A stretch of 43,337 nucleotides of DNA from Callorhinchus milii (lineage: Eukaryota). The translations under genes were made by a program, and so were the position numbers. Each line of letters starts with the position of its first letter. The stretch's first letter is position 1. Shown one piece after another: positions 22,261 to 34,335 of the stretch. Under the pieces are notes generated by a model. That model worked only from the letters and a program-made list of their open reading frames with translations, was not told where the DNA came from and did no database searches. The stretch covers positions 186,001 to 229,337 of the forward strand of contig NW_024704821.1 in NCBI RefSeq assembly GCF_018977255.1, given 5' to 3'.

Positions 22261-23136
22261 ATGGCCATGTATATGTGTGTAGCAGCCGCCATCATTGCCT
22301 TGTCAGGTAAGCGGAAAACTTACCCCTTAAGTCTGGTTCCTGCAAATGAAATCCAAAGCTTATGTTTTATTGCACCAAATAACCGATACGGTACAGGACA
22401 TTTGTGGTCGTGGAGTACTATAGTTCAGTGGTTAGAGCACTTGTGTAGCAAGGGAGAGGAGCTGGACTCGATTCCAGGACGGAACAGGTCAAAACCTTCA
22501 GCAAGTTTCCAGACTCCACACACTCGCGAGTGCTTTCCTATGAATACGTAGGATTCCAGGTATAAGTCAATGGGCAGATGCCTTTTATGGTGGTGATAAT
22601 CCCTCAAAAAATGTTACCTGTGATAATATGGGGGCGTCATGCAGGACATTTTGTGCGTTGCTGCACTGCGCATACGCTGGTGTGCTTCGCCCGGAAAATA
22701 CACTTAATATCCATTGTGTGAAGCGCTTCGCCATCTCCAAGTTGTGATAATTCGCTATATCAGTTGCAAGCTTTATCACGGTCATTATAATTATTTTATT
22801 GAACGCTGTTGCATTGTATCTGTTTCCCAGGATATTGTAGAGGTGATTCGGTGACACAGCTCCAATCTACAGTGACAGTGAATGAAGAGGAGGATGTTAC
22901 TCTCCAATGTAATTACACAACTACAAGCAACACTCTCTATCTGTTCTGGTACCGTCAGTATCCTAACAAATCTCCGGATTATATCCTTGGACATACAGCA
23001 GGGGCCAACCGCAACATGCAGACTTTGCGAAAGAACGTTTCTCAACGAAAGTGGATGCAAGTCGTAGAACCGTCCCCTTAAATATAGCCCAAGTGAGAGT
23101 TGCAGACTCCGGGGCGTATTACTGTGCACTGAGCCC
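22261..23136 (+). pseudogene. TCR V, family D copy 1, single-base frameshift (leader 22261-22306, V exon 22831-23136)
   Basis: atatccttgg at 22981 versus atatcctttgg in D2: one T missing after FR2, otherwise intact. Could be a sequencing error. Confidence 0.8.
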
Positions 23137-23175
23137 CACAGAGGCACAGATCAGCGGTTCCGCCTTACAAAAACT
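23137..23175 (+). other. 23-RSS of D1
   Basis: CACAGAG, 23 nt, ACAAAAACT. Confidence 0.92.
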
Positions 23176-23380
23176 ACCACGTGGAGTCCTGCAGCTCAAT
23201 GGTTATAGCACTCGTCTAACAAGCATCAAGCAAGCGAGATACGTGTGTTCGATTCACGGCAAAGCGCGTTGAGGCGTTTCGACGATGTGGTTTGGCACTC
23301 TAATAATTGCAACGATTATTATTGCTAAATACGTTCATGTTATTTTCACAGAAATAGCTTCATATATTTTGCATTCTGGG

Positions 23381-23712
23381 GAGACCTGTAGCTCAGTGGT
23401 TGAGCACTCGCTTTGCAAGCGAGAGACCTGAGTTCAATTCCAGGTAGAGGGCGAAACCTCGGGCAAGTTTCTGTACTTCACAAAGAGCCTAATAATAATC
23501 CCTCCAAAACCAAAAACAATAATAAAATCGTTCATTTTCAATCTACGACTGTTTGTGCGACATTGCTGTGCGCAATTGGCTGCCGCGTTCGCCCACAAAT
23601 ATACAGTCAATTCACTTTACAGTTTGTTCTGTGAAGCGCTTTGGGCCGTCCTCCCGACGTGAAAAGCGCTATATCAAATGCAAGGATTATTATTATTATG
23701 ATTATTATTATT
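23381..23712 (+). mobile_element. tRNA-derived SINE, full length
   Basis: Same family as 8119-8450; duplicated at 35374-35697. Confidence 0.9.
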
Positions 23713-25070
23713 ACCTGCACGTTGAAGTGTCTTCCTTAACTTGCATTTACGTAGTGAAATTCGTAACGGGAAGTTATGACGGGCAGAAATCTGTTTGCTA
23801 TCTACTGTCTCCAAATGCACAAATGCTGTAGCTGCAATCCGCCAGCAGATATCGCATTGGAAACATATATAACATGAGCTCCGACTGACAAAACTTGTCA
23901 CATTCCTTTCTGCAGCTTACATACTTGGCAGCAATAACAGGAGCTTCTTGTTACAGTTGACATAGTTCACTCATAAACACTGTTGCTGCTTCAGCTGAAG
24001 TGTAAAAATCTTGTCTGAAAAATGATAAGCACAAAACTTAAATTGCTCCAGAAGCATCAGTTGTGTCACTTTTTATTTGTGTTGCATTTCTGCAACATAA
24101 GCAGCGGCCTTTATGTGGATCTCACTGCGGTAATAAAAGTGTGAATTTTTGTAAAGAACAATACGGTCATTGATATTGGTTTAGCTTGAAAAAGAGATTA
24201 CAACCGCCCTAGTTTAATTTAATTTAAGAATTCAAGAACTATCTCGGATCGCCTGTGAAATTAAACTGCCGAACTGGGTGCAAAACCAACAACATTCAGA
24301 CTCATAACAACAAGTACCAGTAACAGAGGCAGATTTTCACCTCAGCCACCATGATAGAAAGTAAACTTTTTTTCTAAAGCTGGGCTGCTTGGTTCAAAAT
24401 CAAACAAGTGAATGCATTCAGAACATTAATGAAAATAAAAATGAGCATTTGATATGGAACCATATTGCGTCATGGAGGCGTGTGAAAGCGCTTCACAGAA
24501 TATAGTTTAAAACAAAATTGTGAGTGGGTGAAACGCGACTACTCACATCCTGGCCCAGAATCTCTCGCCTCCAATCCGCGGCAGATCAACTTCGTGATCC
24601 TCACAGGAGAAAGTAACATCAACAGAGAAATGTTGTCACCTCAGCCTTGATGTCAGAACGTAAACCTTTATCCCTTCAAAGCTCTGCTGCATGTCTCAAC
24701 CATTCATCAACTTAATGAATGCATTCAGTTTAATCATAAAGTTTAAAATAAAAATAAAGTTTTCATTTGATGTAGCGACTGATCACATCTTAGAGGCATC
24801 TCAAAGCAGTTTACATAATACATTGTAAAGGGAAATGTCACTGTATGAAATGTATGTCAATGATCCCATCCAAACCCAGACCCATTGGCTCCCAATCGCC
24901 AGCAGATCAAGTTCAAGTTCCTCTGATTAGTGGGAAACGCCTACAATTGTACAAAATAAACCATTCAACATGTCAGATCAGCCGCTCCCTCACAACTTGT
25001 CGCTGAAGCAGCAACACAGCGATATACAAAGGAAGAGATCACATTATCTGTCCACACCGCAGCAGCCAAC

Positions 25071-25848
25071 ATGACAGCTCACTGCCAGTTACTGATAGCA
25101 ATCCTCACCATAGCCAGTAAGTGTGTGAGGACATGCACAGCGCATGCTTTTTGCATTATAAATTTTCCGAAGCATAATGTTTAGAGAGGTCGCCTCACCA
25201 ACGAGAGAACCCGAGTTTGATTGCCGGGCAATGAAACCTTTCAATGCGTTTGCTTACACCTCACCAATCTGTTTCCACAGCAGTAAGTAGGAAACATGTT
25301 GATAGTCGATTCCCCGATCGCTATCGGAGGTCAATAACCCATTATCGTACAAATCAATATACAATAATATCGGTGAAATACTGCGGTGTTCAATTGTCTG
25401 CTCAGTTTCGCCAAAAATATAATCAATTCGCTTTGCAATATATTCTGTGGTTTCTTTGAGACTGATGTACTGTGCGGTAACGTGCTCTATAAAGTGGATA
25501 AAAGCGAATTATAAGTTGCTCGGAAACATGTGTTGCTCTTGTTCTTGCAGAAGTGAGCGGGCAAGATGTTGTATCCCAATATCCTCGCGAGAAAACAGAA
25601 ATTGAAGGGCAAGACGTGGCACTAAACTGCAATATTTCAAGATTGGCCACTGTGTTCTGGTACAGGCAAAACCCCGACGGAGATCCTCAATACGCGCTCA
25701 GGATATTTACCTCTGGAACGGTAGACAAATCTCCTGATCTACCTGAACGATTCACTGCTGAGCTGATCAAGGAGAATAAAGTAACTAAGCTGCAGATACT
25801 CGGGGCTGTTGTGTGTGACAGCGCTGTGTATTACTGTGCCCTGGACCC
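25071..25848 (+). CDS. TCR V segment, family E copy 1, apparently functional (leader 25071-25116, V exon 25551-25848)
   Basis: Leader MTAHCQLLIAILTIA/GTAAGT; open exon ...LNCNISR...WYRQNP...RFTAEL...DSAVYYCALDP. Confidence 0.92.
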
Positions 25849-25887
25849 CACACTGTAACAGGAAGGCAGAATCCCCGTACAAAAACT
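25849..25887 (+). other. 23-RSS of E1
   Basis: CACACTG, 23 nt, ACAAAAACT. Confidence 0.92.
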
Positions 25888-26588
25888 CAGCAGAAAGTCA
25901 TGACTTCCGCTCACACATTTAATTTGGTGCTTTCAGCAAACTGATGTGGTTATGCAATATTAACAAGGAGAGTGGTGTAAACAGACTGTGCGGTCTTGTT
26001 GTATATGGGATTAATCAGTCGTTTTGCAAGCTAGGGGAACCGGGTTCTTTGGAAAAAAACGCTTTTTCCTGCCAGCAGACAGCGGTTGAATATAACAACA
26101 AAAGAGAACTAATGCACCAGAATGGAGCCCAAAATAGATATACCTCACCAAGTCTTGTCTCTTGCCTCTCAGCACCCAGTAATCTGTTAAATTAAGCAAA
26201 CACTATGCCTTCCTCCAGGGAGAAAGAGAAAATTCGTTTCCATAGGCACATTTACACGCGAAGATGGCATATATATGTGGAACTCATGTATGTGTTTTCG
26301 TGAACTGGAATATAGGTGTAACTGTGTGCAGACACACTGCTCTGCAAAGACATGTCACTGATGGAAGAGAACCATTGGATGAGTGAGATGGCAGAGCAGA
26401 GAAGGTGACGCACAATGACAGAAACACAAGGTTTGTACATAACATTCAGACCTGCTCCCTCACATTATGTGACAACTTCTGTATGTTATTTCCTGTTGAG
26501 CTCTCCTCACGGTATCTTACAGCCTCCCAGCCAACTTTCTCCAACTCCACCATCAACGCTCTCACAACGTCCCGTGACATTAATACAT

Positions 26589-27431
26589 ATGACAATGTAT
26601 GTCTATGTGGTAGCAGTGATCATTACCTTGTCAGGTAAGCGACAAACTCGCTCTATTAGTCTGCTTCATGTGCATACTATCCAATGAATATATATTTTTG
26701 CATTACATAACCAATACGGTACACGACTCATGCATTCCTGCAGCAAACGTGTTGACTTGGGTTTAGTTCACGGCTTGGACATAGCGAAACCTCAGGCAAG
26801 TTTCCTTCTTCCAGAAACGCACCACTTTTTACATCGAGATATGTAGGTACCCGTTCGTTGGTCGATCGTCGGATCCGTTTTCGGTGTTAACAATCGCTTA
26901 ACAGGTACCAGTAATAATAATGCTGTCAGTTAATCCATGACTTTTTATTAGGAGAATGCTGTGCGCAATTTGCTGCCACGTGTCGCCCACACAATACACA
27001 TTCTCAGAATGTTCCATGAAGTATTTGGAGACGCAATTATATAGTATGGCGCTGTATGAAAAGCAATAATTTGTATTATGATTATTGTTATGGTATTGAA
27101 CGCTGATATGGGTCTGGTTTCCAGGACATTGTGGAGGAGACGCTATAACACAGCTCCAATCTACAGTGACTGAAAGGGAGGATGTTTACCTGCAGTGCAA
27201 TTATACAGCTACAAGCGAATACAATACCTACCTGTTCTGGTACCGTCACTTTCCCAACAAATCTCCAGAATATATCCTTAGCACAGACACCAACAACAGG
27301 ATCAAGAAAGGCGCGGAATTTGAAGAAGAAAGTTTCTCAAGGAATGTGTCTCAAGCGGAAAGAACCGTCCCATTAAATGTATTGCAAGTGAGAGTTACAG
27401 ACTCCGCGGGGTATTACTGTGCACTGAGCCC
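26589..27431 (+). CDS. TCR V segment, family D' copy 1, open frame (leader 26589-26634, V exon 27125-27431)
   Basis: Leader MTMYVYVVAVIITLS-G/GTAAGC; exon GHCGGDAITQ...LQCNYT...WYRH...DSAGYYCALSP. Confidence 0.88.
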
Positions 27432-27470
27432 CACAGAGGCACAGATCAGCGGTTCCGCCCTAAAAAAATT
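27432..27470 (+). other. 23-RSS of D'1 (weak nonamer)
   Basis: CACAGAG, 23 nt, AAAAAAATT. Confidence 0.85.
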
Positions 27471-27989
27471 GCCATGTGGGGTCCTGTGGCTCAGTGGTTA
27501 CAGCACTCGCCTCACAAGCGATAGAAACCTGCAGAACGAAACATTGTGCAACATTCTTTATTCCACAGAGTAGTCACTGGTTAACAGCAGTAAATAGGAA
27601 GCAGGCTGTTAATCGATTGGAGGATCGCTTTTTCAGAGGCAATATTTCCTTCTGCATAATAGTGTTAAAAGTAAATTTGTTACTTCATCCAATTAGTCAC
27701 CGATAATTACAATTTGCTGCCGTGCTTCGCCCTCACACTATGCAGTCAATTCGTTTTCTGCATATTCAATGAAGCACTGAGTGGCATCTCAAAGATGTGA
27801 TGTGGCGCTATATCAAATGCAACAATAAATATTATTGCTATTAACTGTAGTCATCTTATCATCAAAGTAATAATACAAAATGTCTTGCTTTCTGGGGAGC
27901 GCTGCCACATGTACGATTCTTTCTATGCTGCATTGATAAGTAAGTAAACATCAAAACAAACAAGTTCCGTTTAAATTGCTTCAACAAAA

Positions 27990-28306
27990 ACTATCTGTAG
28001 AGAAACTGTTTCTTCTGGTGGTTGGGGAAATGCAGAATAATGGTGCATTAGAGCCAGTCCAGTTAGCAGAGAAATTGGTAGGAAAAAATTACGAAAAATT
28101 TAAGGAAATCTGGAAAACGTCCACAAAGATTCTGGAGATGTTCGTTCCATTCATATTTTCCAGACTGAGTTGGATACATTTATTTTAGCTCAGAATTTCA
28201 AGGGTTACGGAGAAAAGGTTAGAATATGTGTTGAGAGATAAATCAGACATGATGTAATATAACGTTGCACCAAACTCAAGGACCTGATGGTCTGCTCCTA
28301 TTCCTA
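27990..28306 (+). mobile_element. Degenerate CR1 3' fragment (copy at ~40043-40359)
   Basis: gtagagaaactgtttcttctggtgg...caagggttacggagaaaagg...ggacctgatggtctgctcctattcct resembles a CR1 3' end. Confidence 0.6.
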
Positions 28307-28809
28307 TTTAGCGCTTTCCACGTATGGGAGCGTCTTGGCGAGTCACTAAAGAAACGAAACCATTTAGTGTATTGAAGTTAAAGAAGAATGAACATTACAT
28401 TTCATTTAAAGTCTAGTGAGCACATTTGACTTGCGACGACGTCCTGACATGAACTGACTTGAATAAATGTCAATATGTTGTCACTCTGGTGCAAAATGCT
28501 CCCAGTCAGCTAACTGTTCAGTCAAATGATATAATCGATGAAACAATAAGACAAGGAATTCAATAGAAATGGAGGAGCAAGTGGCGCAGCAAGTGTTAGC
28601 ACAGAGACACGTCAATGTAAAAGAATGTGAATGACACCGAATATCCGAGTGTTCCAGAGAGGAATAGAAAATAAGGGGAACGAGCAGGGAAACTAGACTA
28701 ATGCATAAACTTCCTGTGCGGAAGATAGCACCAAGGAAAGGCAAGACGGGCCCAAAATAATTATGCTATGAAACCTCTCCAATTGTGTACGTGTTGTAGC
28801 TACAATCCA

Positions 28810-28823
28810 CCAGCAGATGGCGA
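28810..28823 (+). promoter_or_regulatory. CTCF-like motif (copy at 40863-40876)
   Basis: CCAGCAGATGGCGA matches the CCASYAGRKGGCR core. Confidence 0.6.
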
Positions 28824-30337
28824 ACTAAACAAACACAAATAACATGAGCTGCAACTCACATAACACGTCACGCTCCTTTCCGTAACTAACTTCCTTTGTA
28901 GCAGTAACAGGTGCTTCCTGTTGCAGTTGACATATTTCACTCATACACACTATTGCTGCTTCAACAGAAATGTTAAAATATTTGCCTAAATTATTAACAC
29001 AAGGCCTAGTTTGCTCATGAAACAATTTTTATCTCACCTATTTTATATTTTTTCACGATTAGCAGCCGCTCTTGAATTATTTTCTCTGCGGTATAGCAAT
29101 TCTCTGTTGACATTTGTTACAGTATCGGCTTCTGCCACCCTTTCAGGTAATGCATTCAAGATCAGTGGCAGTGTGAAAAATAAATCTGCTTCTCACAGTT
29201 TGTTCAGGCAACAACATTAAACGTGAACATTAAGATATTTAATACGTTTATTACTATACAATTTAAAAGGATCATTGATATGTCATCCCGCCACTGAAAC
29301 ATTCAAAAGCGACGAAACTGCTCACTGTGACATATAGTTTGGATTACGTTCTGCTGTTCTGGTCTGACACTCTAGAGCAGGCCTGGCTGTCTGTATTGTT
29401 GGTGAAGCTTGTCCTACCGAGGAGATATTAAACCCAGGTCCAGGCGGCTTGCATGAAGGGACTATAGTGATGCCACTGCAATGCTCGAGAAAGTTTTCAA
29501 CCGGTGTCTGGACAGACTTTCCATCGGTTAAATTCATCTTTCGTTCATAGCTGTTCGTAGGAAAGTGTTGCATACAAATTGTTTGAGGAGGTTTGGGACG
29601 TTTCGACTAAATGACAAGGCTGTATTTGATAAAAGCTTTTCTGAAACCCGAATACTAAAAACATTAGTAAGGGTACATCTTGTTCAACATTGTAATCATA
29701 ACGACAATAAAAGCAAAAGTTGCATTTGATATACTGCAATAATACGTCATTGAGACGTCTCAGAGCTCTTCGCAGAATACGCTGAAAAGCGTAGTGACTA
29801 TATTTTTTGATGCCAATTGTGTACAGCAGTGTCCCACAAAAAGCTGTGGTTTGAGTTGCCAGATTTTTCGGCGCTGTGTGATTAGGAAAGTGTGGAAGGT
29901 GGGGTGGAGGGGGGGTTTAGGGTTAGGTTAGGTGTGGGGCGTTAGATTGTCTTGTGTGGGCCAATCGTGGTAGCCAAATATGTAAAACGGCGGCCCAAAA
30001 AATATTGTGGATTGAGTGACCTGATTGCGTGGCACTATATGTGTTTCTGTGAGGGGCGTGGAGGGGGCGGGGCGCTCTAGTGCAACGGAAGTGATTGGGC
30101 GACGCGTCTCAGTGCGGGCGGGGCAGTGACTGAGTGACGCAGCTCTGTGGGCGTGGCAGTGGCAGTGTGGGCGGGTCTATCTGTGGGCAGGGCAGTGACT
30201 GAGTGATGTTGCTCTGTGTGCGTGGCAGTGGCTGCGTGGGAGTGGCCCTGTGTGGGCGGGGATGTAACTGTGCGGCTACTGAGCCTAAAAGCCCCATCAG
30301 TCCACATTGGGTAGTTAATGTCGGACACGGGATCAGG

Positions 30338-31118
30338 ATGCTCATGTGGGAGACATGTGCTGTGCTCTCAATCACTCTCAGCTTACTTTTCCGTTAGTAA
30401 CTTTTATATATCTTTTTTTAACATCTTGTTATAACTTTTACAACAAGGTAACATTAATAATCCTTTGATTATATATTGCGCCTTTCCATATATTCGAGAC
30501 GATTGTCAGCAGCAATTTTGATCAAATATTCTCATCGATTGAGTGTCCAAATTATTATCTATTTTATTATTGTTATTTCATTGAAGGACTAATTACCCCT
30601 GGTAAACAGAGATGCCAATCGAATAAAAAACTTGTTTCTATTTACTGCTTGGTAAACAGAGGAGCATGGAGCAAGGAAAATTGCCTAAGCTTTCGCCCTG
30701 CCCTGCTGTAAAAGCCAGATCCATTTGCTTGTGAGGCGATTGCTCTCAACACTACACTGCAGGAATCCACAGAAGACAAACTTGCTGCTCAACAGTATTT
30801 TCTTTTAAATCACAGGAAACAGCCTGCAAGACATTGGGAATCAACCGATTGCTGAATATCAATTGAAGAGGGAAAAGATGTGAAATTATCCTGCACCTTA
30901 TTGAAAATCAGTGATGCCAACTCTCTTTACTGGTACCGACAAGCTTCCAGGAACTCTCCTGTCTACATACTTTACTCTCTTTCAGGGAAGGATTATATGA
31001 GCTCTGACTTCCCACATCGATTCTCCTCCACCGTCAATGAAACGAATGAAGATTTCGAACTGAGTATTGTCACCGTCCTGATCAGGGACAGTGCCGTGTA
31101 TTACTGCGCCAAAGAGGC
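30338..31118 (+). pseudogene. TCR V, family C copy 2, 1-nt frameshift in FR1 (leader 30338-30392, V exon 30816-31118)
   Basis: gaatatcaattgaa (14 nt) versus gatacaacagttgaa (15 nt) in C1 gives TGA at 30881. The downstream frame is intact to DSAVYYCAKEA. Confidence 0.85.
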
Positions 31119-31157
31119 CACACTGCTGCCGAGCTATGGCGACTCCGTACAAAAACT
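31119..31157 (+). other. 23-RSS of C2
   Basis: CACACTG, 23 nt, ACAAAAACT. Confidence 0.92.
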
Positions 31158-31181
31158 GCAACCGGTTCATTTGCTGCTGAA

Positions 31182-31196
31182 CCGCCAGGGGGAGCC
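31182..31196 (+). promoter_or_regulatory. CTCF-like motif 24 bp 3' of the C2 nonamer
   Basis: CCGCCAGGGGGAGCC. Confidence 0.68.
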
Positions 31197-31828
31197 ATTG
31201 CATCAAGTCAAATTAAAACAGCATTTATGTCTCTTTACTTACAGAGACCCTTGTCATATTGGTTTGACGTTAGCTAATTCAGTTCCCAAGCGTGAAGACC
31301 GGGGTTTGATTCCCGGGTGGGACAAAACATTGGGCAAATTTCTTTGCTCCACACACATACCTCTGCCTTCCTATCAGTTGTAGGAACATGGTTGGCATTC
31401 CGTTAGCGTATCGCATTTCCAGGAGTAACAATTCCTTAAAAATTATAACAACACTTTGCTAGCTCAATCGTTTACTCTTTGTTTGCAATAGACTGCCACG
31501 TTTCAACTGTCACAATCAGAATATCGTTGCTATACATAATATAATATGACATAATTGTTATTTTGCCTCTGTCTATCACGCAGAAACAGGAACACGGCTG
31601 ATAGTCTCTTGGCTGATCGCTTTTCCAGAATTAATAATCCCTTAAAAAAATAACAGCAAGTCGGTGACTGAAAATATGAATACTCGTGTGCAGTAGACGA
31701 CCCGCTTCGCCTCCAGTAATCTCTGTACATCATAGCGCTGCACATAATATTCTGCGAAACGCTTCCTGTCGTCCCAATGGCACTATAAGGCGCTTTATCA
31801 AATGCAATCATAAATGTAATCATCACTA

Positions 31829-32056
31829 TAATAATAATAATAATAATAATAATCCTTGCATTTGATATAGCGCTTTTCACGTCGGGAGGACGTCCCAAAG
31901 CGCTTCACAGAACACACTGTAAAGTGAATTGACTGTATATATTTGTGGGCGAACGCGGCAGCCAATTGCGCACAGCAATGTCCCACAAACATTGGTAGAT
32001 TGGAACTGACCAATTTATTATTGTCTTTGGATTTGGAGGGATTATTATTAGGCTCT
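31829..32056 (-). mobile_element. 5'-truncated tRNA-derived SINE with long (TTA)n tail
   Basis: Reverse complement of the SINE body and tail. Confidence 0.88.
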
Positions 32057-32740
32057 GTCTAATAATTATTATTACTATCAAGATCTGGGCTCATTCCTCA
32101 GGACATCTGGACGTATAGCTCAGTGGTTAGAGCACTCGCCTCGCAAGAAGGAGACATTGGTTCGATTCTTATTGGGGCAAAATTTTTTGGCACTTATCCT
32201 TACTCCACACGGTTTGGTTTAACATTGCAGTGAACAGTAACCCGGTTGCTACTCAGATGGCTGATAGATTTCAGTGGTAACATTTCCTTAAAAAAGGCTA
32301 AATAAGTCATTAAAGCCACAAATATTTGTGGGCGACGTATGTTCGTAATTTTCTGCCATACTGTCCCACAACTTATGCAGTCAATTAACTTGACAGTATA
32401 CTCCATGTAGCGCTTTGAGACGTCTCAATGACGTGATAAGGCGTTGTATGGGTTATTGATATTTTTACCTTTATCTGCTTCAGTCTTTGTAACTCGCTTC
32501 CTCTACACTGTCTCTTTCACACATTACTGTGGTTTCCCACTGCGAGGCGGAGGGAATCTGAACTTAAAAGATAGGAGGAGTCGCAATACATCTCCAGCAA
32601 TGAACAGAGACGGAGTAACGACGCGGGGATAAGAGTCAACGTCTCAAGTGAACCAACGTGTGTCCACCAGCCTCTGACTTTAGATGATTTCTGGTTGCAA
32701 TTTATCAGGTTATATTGACGTGAATCGAACAGAGTTGAAA

Positions 32741-33199
32741 ATGAAGCAGATTTTCAGCACAACGTATATTATTTTGAATTTAACAATAAAGCTTTGGTGT
32801 AAGTAGTGTATGAATTTGTATTAAAAAAATATTTTTTACCTGCAAAATAATTACAGTTTATTGCGGCAGAGACTTTCCTAATTCCTTTGCGAGTTTGTTA
32901 ATTTCTGTTATCTTTCCAGGTGTATTGGCTGAAAGTCATGTTTCACAGTCACCTCAGGCCGTGACAGGGAATGAAAATGGAGATGTATCTATGGAGTGCA
33001 ACACCACAGGATACAGCCCAACGTTTCAATGGTACAAACAGTATGGAAACGGCTCCATTCGCTTCTTGGTTTTGGGAAAGAGTGAAATAAATGTGAAGTA
33101 CAGGATACGAGCTTTGTCTAATACGAAAGAAAAAAACTGCACACTAACAATCAAATACGTGCGACTGACAGACACCGCCACTCACTTCTGTGCGGACAG
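32741..33199 (+). CDS. TCR V segment, family B copy 2, open frame (leader 32741-32798, V exon 32920-33199)
   Basis: Leader MKQIFSTTYIILNLTIKLW-T/GTAAGT; exon ends DTATHFCADS (conserved Tyr replaced by His). Confidence 0.88.
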
Positions 33200-33238
33200 C
33201 ACAGTGCTACGTGTCTATGGGGGACCTCTACAAAAACA
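33200..33238 (+). other. 23-RSS of B2
   Basis: CACAGTG, 23 nt, ACAAAAACA. Confidence 0.95.
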
Positions 33239-34335
33239 TGTTGGGTTTTTTGCAGCTCAATGTTCAGAGCATTCGCCTCGCAAGCGAAGTAAATGGGTTC
33301 GATTCCCGGCAGGACAAAACGTTGGGAAAGTTTCCTTACTCCTCACGACTCTGTATATCCCGCAGTAAGTAGGATCTGGGCTGTTAGTCGATCAGCGGAT
33401 CGCTTTTCCTGGAGCAACAATTCCTTAAAAAAGTCAAAAAAAAGGTTATCGATCATATCACTGTCAGTGTGACACCGTTGTGCGACATTGGCGTAAGCGT
33501 GGAATCCACAAAACAAACAATTACGGCCGTAATAAACTCAGTCACTGCGGTTTAAGTTATTACCGTGAAACGCTTTGAGTCGTCTAGAAGAAGTGATAGG
33601 ACGAAATATACATTAATTCTATATCGAGGCATCTGCACACATTCAGGTCCACTGAATCGCTCGTCCTAACTTATTTTGACTGTCTGTATCATAGCAAACC
33701 TTAACGTTTGGAACAGCGCCTTGTGTCGTCTCTGCGGTGTCTCATTGCGCTTCATATAGTTCACTGTAATTTGTAGTGTTAAGTATGACTGTGCATTTTG
33801 AATAAGAAACGAGAATATTATCCGCAGAAAGGAAGCCGATAATCGACCAAGAACCTGGTTATTATTTACAGCAAGGTAAACAGGTGTGTTTAGGGAGTAA
33901 AGAAAGATGGCCAACATTTCGCCTTGCCGTGAATTGAAGCAACATCTCCCGCTTATGTGGCAAGAGCAATAAGCATTGAGCTACAGGACTCCACAGATGG
34001 CAAACATTTGTGGAACCCATGAATGTGTTTTCGATTAACTTAAATATGGTTATAACTTGCTGCAGGTGTCAGACACTGAGCTGAACTAAGACACACCAGT
34101 GTTGGAAGAGAACCAATGGAGGAACGAGACGGGAGAGCAGAGAGGATGACGCAAAGTGACAGAGACACAAGGTTTGTACATAACCCTCAGATCTGCTCCA
34201 TCACTGTATATGCCAACTTCTGTATGTTGTTTCCTGTCTGGCTCTCCTCACGGTATCTTCAGCCTCCCAGGAAACATTCTCCAATTGCACCATCAACTCT
34301 CTCTCAACGCCACTTGCCATTAAACACATACGACA

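Noticed and set aside
29916-29932. Interstitial telomeric repeat (tttagggttaggttagg)
   Set aside because: Only one true TTAGGG; too short to call, and treated as part of the G-rich tract.
30773-30823. Alternative splice acceptors rescuing the C2 frame
   Set aside because: The nearby AG sites I tested (exon starts 30773, 30796, 30823) are out of frame or hit a stop before the first Cys.
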